This document shows, piece after piece, positions 40,516 through 55,039 of a stretch of DNA of 64,000 nucleotides; the stretch's first letter is position 1; every line of letters starts with the position of its first letter. Source of the DNA: Octopus sinensis. Its lineage: Eukaryota. The notes beneath the pieces were generated by a model. The model worked only from the letters and a program-made list of their open reading frames with translations, had not been told where the DNA came from and ran no database searches. The position numbers and the translations under genes are program-made. The stretch covers positions 32,736,001-32,800,000 of the forward strand of contig NC_043006.1 in assembly GCF_006345805.1 (NCBI RefSeq), in the 5' to 3' direction.

Positions 40516-40580
40516 GGAGACGCATTGGCCCAGTGGTTAGGGCAGCGGACTCGCAGTCGTAGGATCACGGTTTCGATTCC
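40516..40580 (+). mobile_element. SINE family C tRNA-like head only
   Basis: ggagacgcattggcccagtggttagggcagcggactcgcagtcg...gtttcgattcc. Confidence 0.7.
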
Positions 40581-40823
40581 CACATATAAATATATCTCTC
40601 TATATATAAAATATTTATATATATATATATATAATATAGGACAATCAGCAAGTTGTCATAATAGAACTCAGAGTTTCAAATGACGGATCTAAGATCTTCG
40701 AGGTATTTTCATTGGCTATTTTGATGAAAATGTCTCGAAGCTCTCATCTCGACCGTTTGACAATTTACTGATTGTCCTATACTACACACACAAACACACA
40801 CACATACACGCACACAAATAAAT

Positions 40824-40882
<59 letters not shown>

Positions 40883-41003
40883 AATTTAAAATATTAAATT
40901 AAAAATATTAAAGGTGAAAAATTGAATATCAATTTGATTAATATCAATTTAAAACCAGTGGTCTAGCATATAGAAAAATCTGAAGATGAAGAAAAATTAT
41001 ATT

Positions 41004-41222
41004 ACATACATATAAGTTGGATGACCACTAAGTGGACATCCAATATGCTAGAAGTCGCTTCCCTATGGTCTTACAACTAAGAAAGAAATGTTCCCATGAA
41101 AATTTAGCAAACGCCAGAAAGTAAGCGAGCAAAACAAATGAAAGGATACAAAAGAAGACCATCGGGGGTCGACTTCTAATATATTGGATGTCCACTTAGT
41201 GGTCATCCCTCTTATATGTATG

Positions 41223-41224
<2 letters not shown>
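41004..41224. mobile_element. About 220-bp fold-back element between TA-rich repeats
   Basis: ggatgaccactaagtggacatccaatat..tagaagtcg / cgacttcta..atattggatgtccacttagtggtcatcc; related fragment near 30855. Confidence 0.8.
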
Positions 41225-41260
<36 letters not shown>

Positions 41261-41263
<3 letters not shown>

Positions 41264-41350
41264 ATCCAAACAAGAAAACTAAAAAAAACACAGCAACGCG
41301 AGGACGTGGAACAAATAAAGCATTATTGGACGCCCAGGAAAGAAGGGAAG
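41261..41350 (-). mobile_element. PLE-derived subtype 2 fragment (3' half, no HHR)
   Basis: Reverse complement of 11260-11353. Confidence 0.75.
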
Positions 41351-41361
41351 AAATATATATA

Positions 41362-41394
<33 letters not shown>

Positions 41395-41436
41395 CATACT
41401 ATCGAGGTCTAACACTTTTGTTGTCATTTTTTATTT

Positions 41437-41468
<32 letters not shown>

Positions 41469-41475
41469 TATATAT

Positions 41476-41535
<60 letters not shown>

Positions 41536-41959
41536 ATGATACAATGTAAGTCTGTCTACCCAAAGAAAATTGTTGATGTAACTAGACTAGATTTTAGAAG
41601 TGCATCAGAGTATGATCTTCTTGAAGTCATTTTTGATATAATTGATTACAGTCTGGAAATTTTCTGTCCAATACTCCTTGTCACAACGTATGAATATTTA
41701 TGATTACGTATTAATTCACATTGAATATATTCTGCATTAGGATTTTAGATGTAAAAAAAAGCAGACACCTGTCTCAATGACAACTTTATTGCATTGAGTT
41801 ATTGCTGAAAGAGAAATAGGAAGTAATGAAATAATCTAAAACCTGTTTATTACATTTTGATAAATCAGTTTGCTTGTTTATGTTTTTTATCACCAAAATG
41901 AAATATGAGTTGCCGTAGAACCTATATGAATTGTAACTGCTACAATAAATAAAAACAGC

Positions 41960-42136
41960 AGGCGCAGATATTACTGAGTGTTTAAGAAACTCGCTTTGAA
42001 ATTAAGCGGTTTCGTCTTCAGTCCGATGTGCGGCCCTTTGGGCAAGGACCTTCTACTATAGCCTCGAACCAACCAATGCCTTCTCAATGAATTTGGTAGT
42101 CGGAAACTTTATGGAAGTCCTTCGTATTTACATACC

Positions 42137-42171
<35 letters not shown>

Positions 42172-42362
42172 AATTGCTTGAAAGACGGTGTTGGTTTGTT
42201 TATTTCCCCGTAATTAACCTAGCAAAGCGGCCAAAATAATTCAGAGAATAATTATCAGACTTAAAATATAAAGACTGGTGTCGATTTCTTAGGCTAAACC
42301 CTTTAAAGAAGCTGCACCAGTATGGCTGTATCCTTATGCCGAGAACCAATAAAACATAAAAC
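41960..42362 (+). mobile_element. SINE family B, diverged
   Basis: aggcgcagat head; ctttgggcaaggaccttctactatagcctcg body. Confidence 0.8.
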
Positions 42363-42698
42363 AATCACCCATTGGTGACATAATAGATATCTTTTACAGG
42401 ACTTCATGCTGTGATCTACTATGATAGGCATAGCCTACATTCTCTGGTACACGTCTTCCATTTTTATTTATATTTGGTTAAATTTTCGTCTCTTCCTTTT
42501 CGTTTTTCTGGAAGTGATCCATTTGAGTGTAAATGTAACAACCCTTGATGTTCAAATTGCAGCTAGATTTAAAATCAGGCAATATGTCCCTTATTAATCT
42601 AGAATAGTTGTTGGCGTAATGTTGGTTACAAAAGATTTTGGGTGATTGGAGAACAAATGGCATCTGTCAGGATTTGATTTGATTTGAGACAACTTCCG

Positions 42699-42789
<91 letters not shown>

Positions 42790-42859
42790 CATATACATAA
42801 ATATATATACACACACATATATATTTATATGTATATATATATATGTATTTATATATATA

Positions 42860-43009
42860 TATCCTTTTACTTCAGTCATTTGGCTGTTGTCATGCTGGAG
42901 CACCGCCTTAAAGGATTTTAGTTGAAGAAATCGACCAGAGGATTTGTTCTTTGTAAGCCTAATATTTATTCTATCGGGCTCTTTTGCCGAACTGCTAGAT
43001 TACGGGAAC

Positions 43010-43010
<1 letters not shown>
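42860..43010 (-). mobile_element. SINE family B 3' part
   Basis: cagtcatttggctgttgtcatgctggagcaccgcctt...ttttgccgaactgctag. Confidence 0.75.
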
Positions 43011-43063
<53 letters not shown>

Positions 43064-43970
43064 ATATACATTACTTTTATTAATATTAAGAGTATCGTTA
43101 ACTGTACCTTCCAATTTTGCAATTAATGAAACCCTCAGTTTATCACACGATATATCTAAATGCTGAAATCTATCTCTAGTCTAGTTTATGAACTGACAAA
43201 TTTCAAACAGTGCATTAGCCTAATAAGGATTTTCGTAAATTGAAATGCGATATGATTTGGTCAGAAATGCCGTGAATCCTTAATTTTCTTAGGGTCTTAT
43301 CAGCAAAGGCATCATATTAACTAGTTTATTTAAGTATGGATTGTCGCATCTTTTGGCACAAAATTTCAATTTAGTATTCACTTCTCTCTTTCTATGGTCG
43401 AAGTATAATTTCTATTTATTTATTTATCTTTTCTTTCAATTATCTTTAACTGCTGCGTCTTACGCTGCTATAGTCTCTTTTAACATTTTCTGTTTTTTTT
43501 TCTTAGGTACTTTCTAAGGTTTTATGCGTTTTTTTTAAAAAAAAAACTACACTACCATATACATTAGCACATAAGTACACCAATGCATTTCACTTATAAC
43601 GACTGAAGAGAATGTTATCTGCATAAAGAGTTGTTAGGTAACTGTGTGAAACGCGCGTATTTAGTGCATTCAAAATATCAGCAATAAGTTTTGTCCCTAT
43701 TCAAATATCTTCATAACTTTCTATCTCCGCAAGAAAAATGCGATGTTAAAAGAATGCGGGTATACGAGCAAAATTCAAATCTGGACATTGAAAGTAGATG
43801 GTAAGGTGCACTGTATCAAGGCATACTACCGAATACATACCTATGTCTGTGTGCGTGTGTGTGTGTTTGTATGAGTGTGTGTGTGTGTGCGTGTGTGTGC
43901 GTGTACGTAGTGAGAAAGAGAAAGAGGAATAAAGAAATAGATAGATGTATACACAGACAGAGAGACAAGC

Positions 43971-44124
<154 letters not shown>

Positions 44125-44875
44125 AGAGAGAGAGAGAGAGCTATCTAAATGAAACAGATAAAAATGACAAGAAATATAAATCTGAAATCATTAAAATATC
44201 AAAGCCTGGTAAGACAAATTATGTAAATGGAAAAGAAATAAAAAAGTAAAAATTATTGTCATAATGATCAAATTCGCTATAACTTCTTAATTAAAAAATT
44301 GTTGTTTATTAAACATTGTTGAAGTGTAAGTCAATTAATTAAAACAAATCTATAAATCAATATTGATTTACGAAATGGAATTAGAACGCGATGTATAACA
44401 TTAGTGTATAATTAATAATTGTATAATTAAAAACAAATACAAAACATTACAAATGATTTTAAAAACAAATAACAGAAATTAAAATTGATGTTAAGATTAT
44501 ATTAAAAATATTAATTATAAAGATTAAAATATATGAGCCAAATATTAAAACATTATTATCCATATATACGCATGGTCTTCACAATGGATGTGGCTGTCGA
44601 TGAATAACAAAATATAAGGATGAATAAATTTTCAGTTTTAGTAATAGCTTAGAAATCTACGAAGTCTTACGAAAATGTGGAACAATTTCTACTCTGAGTA
44701 AAAAAAAAAAACAATGGCGCAAATTAGTTACTTTGGCAGTAGACAGTTTATGGTCAAGTAGCAGAAAGATAATACTAGACAAAAGTCTCCCAAGGTCTTG
44801 AATCTGAATGAATCTACACTGACCATTTCGTTTCAAAGTTATTCGTAATGTTTCTATACAATATTTTGTCCTGCT

Positions 44876-44899
44876 AGTAATAATAATAATATAATAATA

Positions 44900-44956
<57 letters not shown>

Positions 44957-45048
44957 TGATGATAATAATGATGATGATGATGATGATGATAATAATAATA
45001 ATAATAATAATGATGATTATGACGATGATGATGATGATAATAATAATA

Positions 45049-45099
<51 letters not shown>

Positions 45100-45219
45100 T
45101 AATAATAATAATAAAATAATAATAATATAATAATAATAATAATGATGATGATAATAATGATGATGATGATGATGATAATAATAATAATAATAATGATGAT
45201 TATGACGATGATGATGATG

Positions 45220-45312
<93 letters not shown>
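44876..45312. repeat. (TAA)n/(TGA)n compound microsatellite with internal 183-bp duplication
   Basis: Variant block gattatgacgatg at about 45015 and 45198. Confidence 0.9.
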
Positions 45313-45315
<3 letters not shown>

Positions 45316-47103
45316 GTGAATAAATTATTTGCTTCAAAAGTAATTCCTGATGATGCAGAAGACGCCTGAATCGTTATAACAATAATATTATCCACCAGAG
45401 TCTATGTTTGTTTTATAGATCCAATGATTACACGCCGCAGCTTACTTTCATCTTCTTACTATGTATTTTTATTTACATTTATGTATGTACTATTTTTATG
45501 TACTTTTATGTATGTACTTTTAGCAAACGCAAATTGAATTGTTCTTTTGTTACACGAGTAACTATTACTCAAATATGGTATAACTTTTCAATAATACTCT
45601 TTTGTTTGTCATATGGCACATTGGTTCCTTTCAGCTGCAACAGATAACCAGATAAAGTGATATAATTATATGTAGATGGATTCTGAATGTTTATGTGTGA
45701 CGGTGGTATCTAGCCTTCAAGTTGCAGGCAGTTAAGTCACTAAGCAGTTTATGGCAGGAGTTAATTCTAACTATACATTTATAGATAATATTCTTATCTA
45801 ACCAGTAGAAGGAACAATTATGAAACAAGTACAGGTGTATTAGCTGCTCGTGTTACTATTACTTTCACAATTAGCTTTGCTATTATGCAGTTTGTAACTA
45901 AAATAGAAGCATGTATCACGGAGTGAAGTGCTTCAAGAATAATGAAAAATTATCTAAGCTATTGGAGTAGCTCTCTCGTATTTATGCGAGTGATTATACT
46001 ACGAAGTGTTTCTGAAGGACAGTTCCTATTCTAAGTCATTGTTAGAGAGTAGCATTTATACGATGTTATCTGTAAATCCACTTCTTTGTAAAGCTTCGGA
46101 TTTACTATAATGTTGGTCGTCAAATATTTGTGCGTGTATTGATTTGTTGCAATTCCTCAGTGTGTCAACATAGGTTTATATACACATATATAGTGAAAGT
46201 CAATATCTGTTCAAATATATACATATGGACACAAACACACACGAGCGCGCGCATGCACATATCGTTGTCCATTGTGAACTTGGTCTCGATTGAAATAATG
46301 TATTATTTACTGATTTACGTATGCCATTTATAAAAGTACCAATTCGTAATTTTGTTTCCGATTCGGTTTCTATTTTTCACTTGATTTCACTTCTACAAAA
46401 GTTACGTAGATTTCACGTAGGTTAACACTTTACATACGTACATAATACATACTTTTAATTACGTATGTATGTATATGTTGATAAATATTTGGGGAACTAA
46501 TTCAAAGAGTTTCAAATGTCAAGCTAAAAGCCAAGAAAGTCGATCTTTCTCGAAATGAACAGTAAAACATTCAATCATCTTGCAAATAAAAAACAAATTA
46601 CAGAAAAAGTTTAATTCAAACGGAACATTTGTTTGAATAATTCGCAGGATTTTCAATAAGGTCAATAAGTTTAAAATACACATCAAACATCGAAGTATTA
46701 TGGAAACAATGGAAATTTTTCTATTGGTTTGGACAGAATATAAAAACCCAAAAGTTTACTTAAGCTATTTTAATATAAGAGAAAAAGCAATAAGAATTTT
46801 TGATCAGTCTTAGAATTCAAACAACTAAATGAAAGCAACCTGAATTATCGAGCAGTGAGGGATTAGTTTAAATATTTTAAATGGACATTGGAGTTTTGAT
46901 TTTTTGTGAAACAGGAACAAGGAAAACCTAAACACACATGTTTAATAACCGCCTTTCAATAGAATTGGATGATAAACTTGTCGCAGTAATTGTAGAATAT
47001 TGTATATTTAGTATTTTGTATTCATAAAATAACATCATGTAACCATAGTTACATGTATACTTGCGCATATTGAGACTAGCTTCTCTTTAGGGAGTATATA
47101 TAT

Positions 47104-47158
<55 letters not shown>

Positions 47159-47166
47159 CATATATA

Positions 47167-48438
47167 TAAATCTTAGAGCGAGTTATAACCAGTAGCTGCA
47201 ACACATCGTGACGTATATTTGCCATTTAAATATGGCTAACCCCTAAGGGTGGATGCTAATTTATCCTCCTGGGGCTACAAACTACAGTAGCATCCACCCT
47301 TAAGGGTTAGCCAAATATAAATGGCAAATATACGTATATATATATATATAGGAAAAGTGAAAAAGGAGACAAACACTCAGGATGTTATATATATATATAA
47401 TACTCTCTTTACTTGTTTAAGTCATTTGACTGCGGCCATGCTGGAGCACCACCTTTTAGTACTTATTCTATCGGTCTCTTTTTGCCGAACCGCTAAGTGA
47501 CGGGGACGTAAACACACCGGCATCGGTTGTCAAGCAATGCTAGGGGGACAAACACAGACACACAAACATATACATATATATACATATATATAAATCTTAG
47601 AGCGAGTTATAACCAGTAGCTGCAACACATCGTGACGTATATTTGCCATTTAAATATGGCTAACCCCTAAGGGTGGATGCTAATTTATCCTCCTGGGGCT
47701 ACAAACTACAGTAGCATCCACCCTTAAGGGTTAGCCAAATATAAATGGCAAATATACGTATATATATATATATAGGAAAAGTGAAAAAGGAGACAAACAC
47801 TCAGGATGTTATATATATATATATATACTCTCTTTACTTGTTTAAGTCATTTGACTGCGGCCATGCTGGAGCACCACCTTTTAGTACTTATTCTATCGGT
47901 CTCTTTTTGCCGAACCGCTAAGTGACGGGGACGTAAACACACCGGCATCGGTTGTCAAGCAATGCTAGGGGGACAAACACAGACACACAAACATATACAT
48001 ATATATACATATATATAAATCTTAGAGCGAGTTATAACCAGTAGCTGCAACACATCGTGACGTATATTTGCCATTTAAATATGGCTAACCCCTAAGGGTG
48101 GATGCTAATTTATCCTCCTGGGGCTACAAACTACAGTAGCATCCACCCTTAAGGGTTAGCCAAATATAAATGGCAAATATACGTATATATATATATATAG
48201 GAAAAGTGAAAAAGGAGACAAACACTCAGGATGTATATATATATATATATACTCTCTTTACTTGTTTAAGTCATTTGACTGCGGCCATGCTGGAGCACCA
48301 CCTTTTAGTACTTATTCTATCGGTCTCTTTTTGCCGAACCGCTAAGTGACGGGGACGTAAACACACCGGCATCGGTTGTCAAGCAATGCTAGGGGGACAA
48401 ACACAGACACACAAACATATACATATATATACATATAT
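47167..48438. repeat. Three tandem copies of a 424-bp unit (hairpin element plus SINE B tail)
   Basis: taaatcttagagcgag at 47167, 47591 and 48016; near-identical copies. Confidence 0.95.
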
Positions 48439-48602
48439 ACGACAGGCTTCTTTCAGTTTCCGTCTACCAAATCCACTCACAAGGCATTGGTCGGCCCGGG
48501 GCTATAGCAGAAGACACTTGCCCAAGATGCCACGCAGTGGGACTGAACCCGCAACCGTGTGGTTGGTTAGCAAGCTACTTACCACACAGCCACTCCTGCG
48601 CC
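48250..48602 (-). mobile_element. SINE family B, near full length
   Basis: Head aggcgcaggagtggctgtgtggtaagtagc; atcttgggcaagtgtcttc body; tail at 48250. Confidence 0.92.
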
Positions 48603-48638
48603 TATATATACAAATATATATACACACACATATATATA

Positions 48639-48752
48639 GTTCAAATTTACAGGTGTAGGAACAATAAGCAGGTGTATTTTTTTAATTCTCGGGAAAATGG
48701 AAAAGTATTTTACGTTTCGAGCCTACACTCTTCGACAGAAAGGATTAAAAAG
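48639..48752 (-). mobile_element. PLE-derived subtype 1 element with HHR variant (48707-48743)
   Basis: Minus strand CTTT-CTGTCGA-A-GAGT-gtag-GCTC-GAAAC-GTA-AAAT. Confidence 0.65.
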
Positions 48753-48769
48753 ACATATATATATATATA

Positions 48770-48970
48770 TATCCTTTACTTCGTTTCAGTCTTTAACTTG
48801 TGGCATTGCTTAGGGAACCACATTGATGAATTTTTAGTCGAATGAATCGAATCTCCATACTTATATTTTTAAGCTTGCTACTTGCCGAACCGCTATCTAA
48901 CGGGGACGTAGGCATGCCTACACGGGTTGTCATTTGGTGATACTTGAGAAACACACACACACACACACGC

Positions 48971-49016
<46 letters not shown>

Positions 49017-49152
49017 CATGACGTGCTTCTTTCAGTTTCTGTCTTCCAAATCCACTCACAAAGCATTTGTCCAAGGTGTCACGCAGTGGGACTGAACCCG
49101 GATTCACATGGCTGGGAAACAAGCTTCTTACCACACAGCCACGCCTGCTCCT
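48770..49152 (-). mobile_element. SINE family B, diverged
   Basis: ccaaggtgtcacgcagtgggactgaaccc...accacacagccacgcctgctcc. Confidence 0.85.
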
Positions 49153-50472
49153 ATACACACACACACACACATACATGGCCAACATGCACACGTTCAGGCA
49201 TATCTATCGCATTAATATTATCCACGTTACATTCAATATAGTGAATGTTTCCTTTTATATAATTACATAAACATACATGACATGTGTTTATTTATGTTTT
49301 TATTTGTCTTAAACTGTAGACATACTGATAAAATGTCTGTTGCATGCTCTATTTCAAATGCTAAAAACAGATTAATTCAACTTAATCGCCATAAGTAGAA
49401 AATAATTGGTTTGCATTTGAACAAATATGACACTTAAATAAGACATCGGTTGTTATGAATATATTTTTTTATTCATATTTTGTTAGAGATATTTATATAG
49501 CGTGTCAATTTCTATGGTAACATTCATCAATCAAAATTTGTTGCATCAGATGCCATGTTGCACACGTGGCAAGAGATAACATCGTTATCAATGTAATTAA
49601 TAACTTTAAGGATTTTTTTCGCTATGGTATTATTTTATCTTCATTGGTGTATTTTATTTGTTGCTTGTGGTTGCTTTTACGTTTTAATTTTGAACACTAT
49701 AAATATGTTGTTAATAATCGCTAAAATCACATTAGGGGCTCTAATGAGAGGTAAAGCCCTATTTAAACCGCTTGCATATTCAGTACGGTCAATATGACAA
49801 ACAAAATTCCATGTGTATGTGTATGCGAGTGCTTGTGTGTGTGGCCGTGTGTTTGTGTGTGGTATGTGTGTATGTACTTGTGTATATTTTTGTGTGTGCG
49901 TTTATTATCCTTCATTATCATAATTTTTTAACGTCCTCCTTCCCTGCTGGCGTGGGTTGAACGGCTTTATCAAATTCGAGGACTGCTTCATGCTCCAATG
50001 CCTGCTTTGATATGATTGCAGCTGATTCCATTCCTAGTGCCATCGACTTTACAGAATGCGTGGACTGTTTTATTTTCCTGTGCAGCTCTGGTGAAATCTT
50101 CATGTAGCTCGCAAGATTAAGATCTCCATCAAGTAAATGGGACTTTAGTATAGAAGGAGGTAACTAGCTTAGGTGATGAAATGTTAGAGTATAAAGGACA
50201 TTATGTACCTGTGGTGGATTGTAATCAATGTGGAACTTGAAAGAGAAATGAAGATGGCGGTGTTGAGGTAGCATGTTGGTCCCGATTTAGAGAAGAAAAG
50301 TGATGAGGTATAGTTAGGGTTGGGATGGGGGCGATAAAATACTGAATAATGCACAACGGTTGGGGATAAAAACAAGCTGGGAAGTATGTCGGGGTATTAT
50401 GTGCTGATTAGCAATACAGAAAGTTGAGAGCCGCCGGATGATAAAAATACAGTAGAGAGGTGTTAGTATTAT

Positions 50473-50520
<48 letters not shown>

Positions 50521-50527
50521 TTATATC

Positions 50528-50790
50528 GATGTGGCTGTGTGATGAGAGGTTTCCTTCCCAGCCATTGCTCTCAAGTTTAGTCCTGCTATGTGGCACCTTG
50601 GGCAAATGTTTATTACTATAGTTTCGGTCCGTATATATCTAAAGATAGCCTAGCGTTTCGGCAAAAGATGCGGTAAATTAAGCGGCAGCTATAAAATAAA
50701 AAAAAAACGAAGTACTGGGTTCGATTCACTCGATGAAAAAGTCTTCAAGACGGTGCTCTAGCATGGCCACAGTCTAAAGACTGAAACAAG
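50528..50790 (+). mobile_element. SINE family B, diverged
   Basis: gtggctgtgtg head; gtggcaccttgggcaaatgt body; gacggtgctctagcatggccacagtc tail. Confidence 0.8.
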
Positions 50791-50806
50791 GAAAGGATAA
50801 TATATA

Positions 50807-50858
<52 letters not shown>

Positions 50859-50959
50859 TATATATAAGTAAATATAACAGAGTTGGTACTATTAAAATAC
50901 CATCACTAGTGCCAACAGATTAATAAAATGTATACATGCAATATAAGATATGTAGTATA

Positions 50960-51271
<312 letters not shown>

Positions 51272-52074
51272 TAGCGTACTACATGAGAACTTGCATTGCT
51301 GAAAATAGAAGTCAAAAATACTTCTGTGACACGGAACAGTCACAAATGTCATACAGGCCTGGTAGCAAAAAAAATTCAGTGAACAATAAAATTGTCTTAC
51401 TTCTGCTTAATCAGCACAAGTAATGTATATGTATATATCATTATATGGTCGTGCTATCTGCTAGAAGTAGCAAAGCTAGATATGCCTTTCTTACAAAGGC
51501 AATCTATGACGTAGACAAAGAAAAAGCTAGAACAGTGCCTTTTAGACTTGATCTAAAACAAACAGTTCCAACCCAACACGCCTATCACATATTTTTAAAT
51601 AATTACCTAATAGTGCAACGAAATATTTCATTAACAAAAGACACAAACAAGGAAGAGAAATACCGCTAGAATCATTGAAATAAATCCATGCTTCACCATG
51701 CTGTCGATATATCATATATCCTAATTCACATGCTTTCTTAATATTACGGCACAATGCACCCAGAGGGCCAGCCATGTGTACCTGTTGATAGAGTAGAAAC
51801 GGGGATGAAAGTGTTGAAAACAAAATAATGAAATTAACAAAATGGAGAATGATATTTTCATACTAAGCTCCGAGGCCAGACGTGTGTGGTGGGAGGAAAA
51901 TTATAGAGTTAATTAAATTAACGTTTGTACTTAAATCGCACGCACATTTTAGCGAAACTTGCCGGAAGGATGAACAGCTAAAGTGGATCATCCAATCTCG
52001 CTTCTAACTCGGATCGAACGACAATGGAAATGTACACCGTGTGGTATTTACTTCGATAATCTATTGATTGTGAC

Positions 52075-52126
52075 GACGATGATGAAAGATGATGATGGTG
52101 ATGAGGATGAGGATAATGATGATGAT

Positions 52127-52157
<31 letters not shown>

Positions 52158-52470
52158 TAGGAGAAAATGATAATGATGAGGAGGAGGAAATCGAAAACGA
52201 AGAAGATGATGATGATGATGAAGATTAAAAGTAGAAAAATCATGATGAAGAACAAAAGAGGTTGAAGATAATGAAAAGGGGGGGATGATAAAGAGGAGGA
52301 TAGTATTAATACTGATAATATGACGATGATGATGATAAAGCCAGTAATGGTGGTGATGCTGATAATGATGACCAAGATTATGATGATGATGCTGACGATG
52401 ACGGCGAATACGATAACGACAAAAACAGTGATGATGATGATGAGGAGGAGGGGGAGGAGGATGAAGACGG
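52075..52470. repeat. (GAT)n/(GAG)n low-complexity region
   Basis: Direct reading; source of the poly-D/E and poly-M ORFs. Confidence 0.9.
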
Positions 52471-53491
52471 CAAAGTTGCTCTTAATAACTTTGAAAACGA
52501 CTTATGAGTGTTAGTGGTGTTGTTGTTTTTGGTGTTGTTCTCGATGCTTTTTGTTGTAGTTCCACTTCGGATCAGTTTTGATTGAGTAGACCTATGAGGA
52601 AAGAAGAATGAGATGTGATCTTTAGAACACGTCATCAATCAGAATGTATTCCAGTATGCATCATCCACTCTGTCCTTCCCCGTTTTTACTATAACAGGTT
52701 GTGATTTGAGAGATATGTATGTAGATGCTGTCCCCAGTAGCTCTTTCTAGTCGTATTGACACAGACAAACAGCCCCCTCTCACCATAAACACTTCATGAC
52801 AAACCCAATAGAATAAATTTTATTAATCGAAGAATTAAATAACAGACTTTCATACTAAAGTTTGAAAGGATTCAATTTATTTAAGAAATTAGAAAACGAA
52901 GAGCTGCGCGCTGAACATGGTAGAGTCACCTATTGCAAGCAAGAGTTAAGGGCCCCGCATCTTGTTTATGAACAACCTGCACAAATGATTTTATGTATAA
53001 TGATCAAATATTTGTGTTGTACATCAGTTTATTCTCTCCATCAAATTGTTATTACCTGTACAGGTGCCAGTTGTGTTACAAGTCAGATGTTGAAGCGATT
53101 GCAAAGCTATGTGAAATGAGATGTTTTGTACAAGCAAACAACGCACTGTTCCGTCTGGAATTCGAGACAGCGATCTCGCGTTTAGCGCTCTAACCACTAC
53201 GCAACGAGCTTCATCTTAAAGACACGTGATTTGAATACCATAAAATATGATGCCCACCTATCTACTCTTTATGTCATCCAAGAGAATAACTCGTTGTGTT
53301 TTTGAAATAAATGTTCGTCGTTGCACCATCGGACCGACCAACGGTCTCTACGATTTTCCTTGATAAGCACTATGAGGTGTAAAATTTTTGCAGAAGAATA
53401 AAACACGTAATTTTTCCCTTTCTTTTTCATTTTTTGTGTGTTTAGATGTTTTTCACGGAGCATCAACTTGTCGAATATGGTAATCTAGTAA

Positions 53492-53712
53492 GGCGGAGAG
53501 CTGGTAGAAACGTTAGCACACCGGGCGATATGCTAAGCAATACTTCGTCTGTCTTTACGTTCTGAGTTCAAATTTCGCCGAGCTCGACTTTGCCTTTCCC
53601 TCTTTCGGGATCGATAAATTAAGTACCAGTTGCGTACTGAGGTCGATCTAATCGACTTCCCCCCTCCCCACCAAAAAAAAATCGGGCCTTGTGCCTAGAT
53701 TAAAAAAAGAAT
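53492..53712 (+). mobile_element. SINE family A monomer (tailB) with 13-bp TSD
   Basis: TSD gaatatggtaatc at 53473 and 53709. Confidence 0.92.
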
Positions 53713-54532
53713 ATGGTAATCCTGGTGGGAAAATTAAGAAAGAAAAAAGAAAGAAGTTTCGATTATAATGTCTGATTGGTATCGATATTTATCAATTACG
53801 AAAACATTAAAGGCCAAATTGATCTCTGAACACGGTGCGAAGAACAAATGTTGCAAGTCATTTTATCCAAAGAACTAACTGATACGTCGCTTGACAAAAC
53901 GAATACAGCCTTTATTATTTAGATATCAGAAATGTGATAAATGGAAGACTTGGTTCAACGCCAGTCAAAATAGTTTCAAGTAATAAACTAGAAATACAAG
54001 CACACGCACACACAGACACAAATACAAACACACAAACTCATACACAGACAGACACACACACACATATGCATGTAGAAACAGAGAGGGAGGGGGAGAGGAA
54101 TGCGGAGCAAAGTAGATAAATGCCGGAAAGCTTGAAGCATATACATGGAGCATAAAATACAGAACAAAGAAAAAATAAAAAGAACAGAATCATGTAAAGA
54201 CTTTACCCAGTTATTCCCGTTCTGTTTTGTTCTCTCTTTTGCTTTATTGTGTAATCTTTATATTGTGCGGCATGTAAATATGCATCTGAAGCCTTCCTGT
54301 CTTTCCCTCCATAACACTCTTGATTAGTATTGTTCTTACAGTTGACTTTCAATGAAGAGGCACCGGCCCCGAATGAAGAGTTCGGAGTTTAAGCCCCCAT
54401 CCACTTCAGCACTGCCCTGTCTTATCTGTACGAAAGTTACTTAGCTTTAACCTCGCCAATGTGCACACACACGAGCGCGCGCACTTATGCACGCACACAC
54501 ACACATATATATATGTATATATATATATATAT

Positions 54533-54724
54533 CGCCATGATTGATCGCAAGCGACTGAAGTTTTTTTATTCTATTTCTGTTTATTTTCTCGTGTTCCTTT
54601 CTGTTGAAGAGCGTAGGCACGAAAGGTAAAATACTTTCTCACCTTCCCTACCGTTAAACTAATACACCTGTTTATTGCTTATACACCTGTCTTCGTTTTC
54701 TGTTTTTTTTTTGTAAATCCCAAC

Positions 54725-54725
<1 letters not shown>
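54533..54725 (+). mobile_element. PLE-derived subtype 1 element with decayed HHR (54597-54631)
   Basis: CTTT-CTGTTGA-A-GAGC-gtag-GCAC-GAAAG-GTA-AAAT; both ends match 11422-11609. Confidence 0.7.
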
Positions 54726-54780
<55 letters not shown>

Positions 54781-54807
54781 TGTGTGTTTTATTAAAGCTG
54801 CAAAATT

Positions 54808-55039
54808 TTTTTCTGCATTGCTCACAGAGAGCTAAACATTGAGGGGACAAACAAGGATAGAGAAAGGGAATTAAGTCGATTACATTGGCTCTAGTGTGTA
54901 GCTGCTACTTATTTAATCGACCTGAAAGGATGAAAGGGAAAGTCGACCTCGGCGGATTTTGAACACAGAAAGTAACAGCAGACGAAATATCGCTAAGCAT
55001 TTTGCCCGGCGTGCTAACGTTTCTGCCAGCTCGTCGCCC
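54808..55039 (-). mobile_element. SINE family A monomer (tailA) with 19-bp TSD
   Basis: TSD ttattaaagctgcaaaatt at 54789 and 55040. Confidence 0.92.

Noticed and set aside
45340-45380. CTGATGA...gaatcgtt as a hammerhead
   Set aside because: No convincing helix II and no GAAA.
51983-52514. Acidic poly-D/E and poly-M ORFs
   Set aside because: GAT/GAG low-complexity DNA with no domain.
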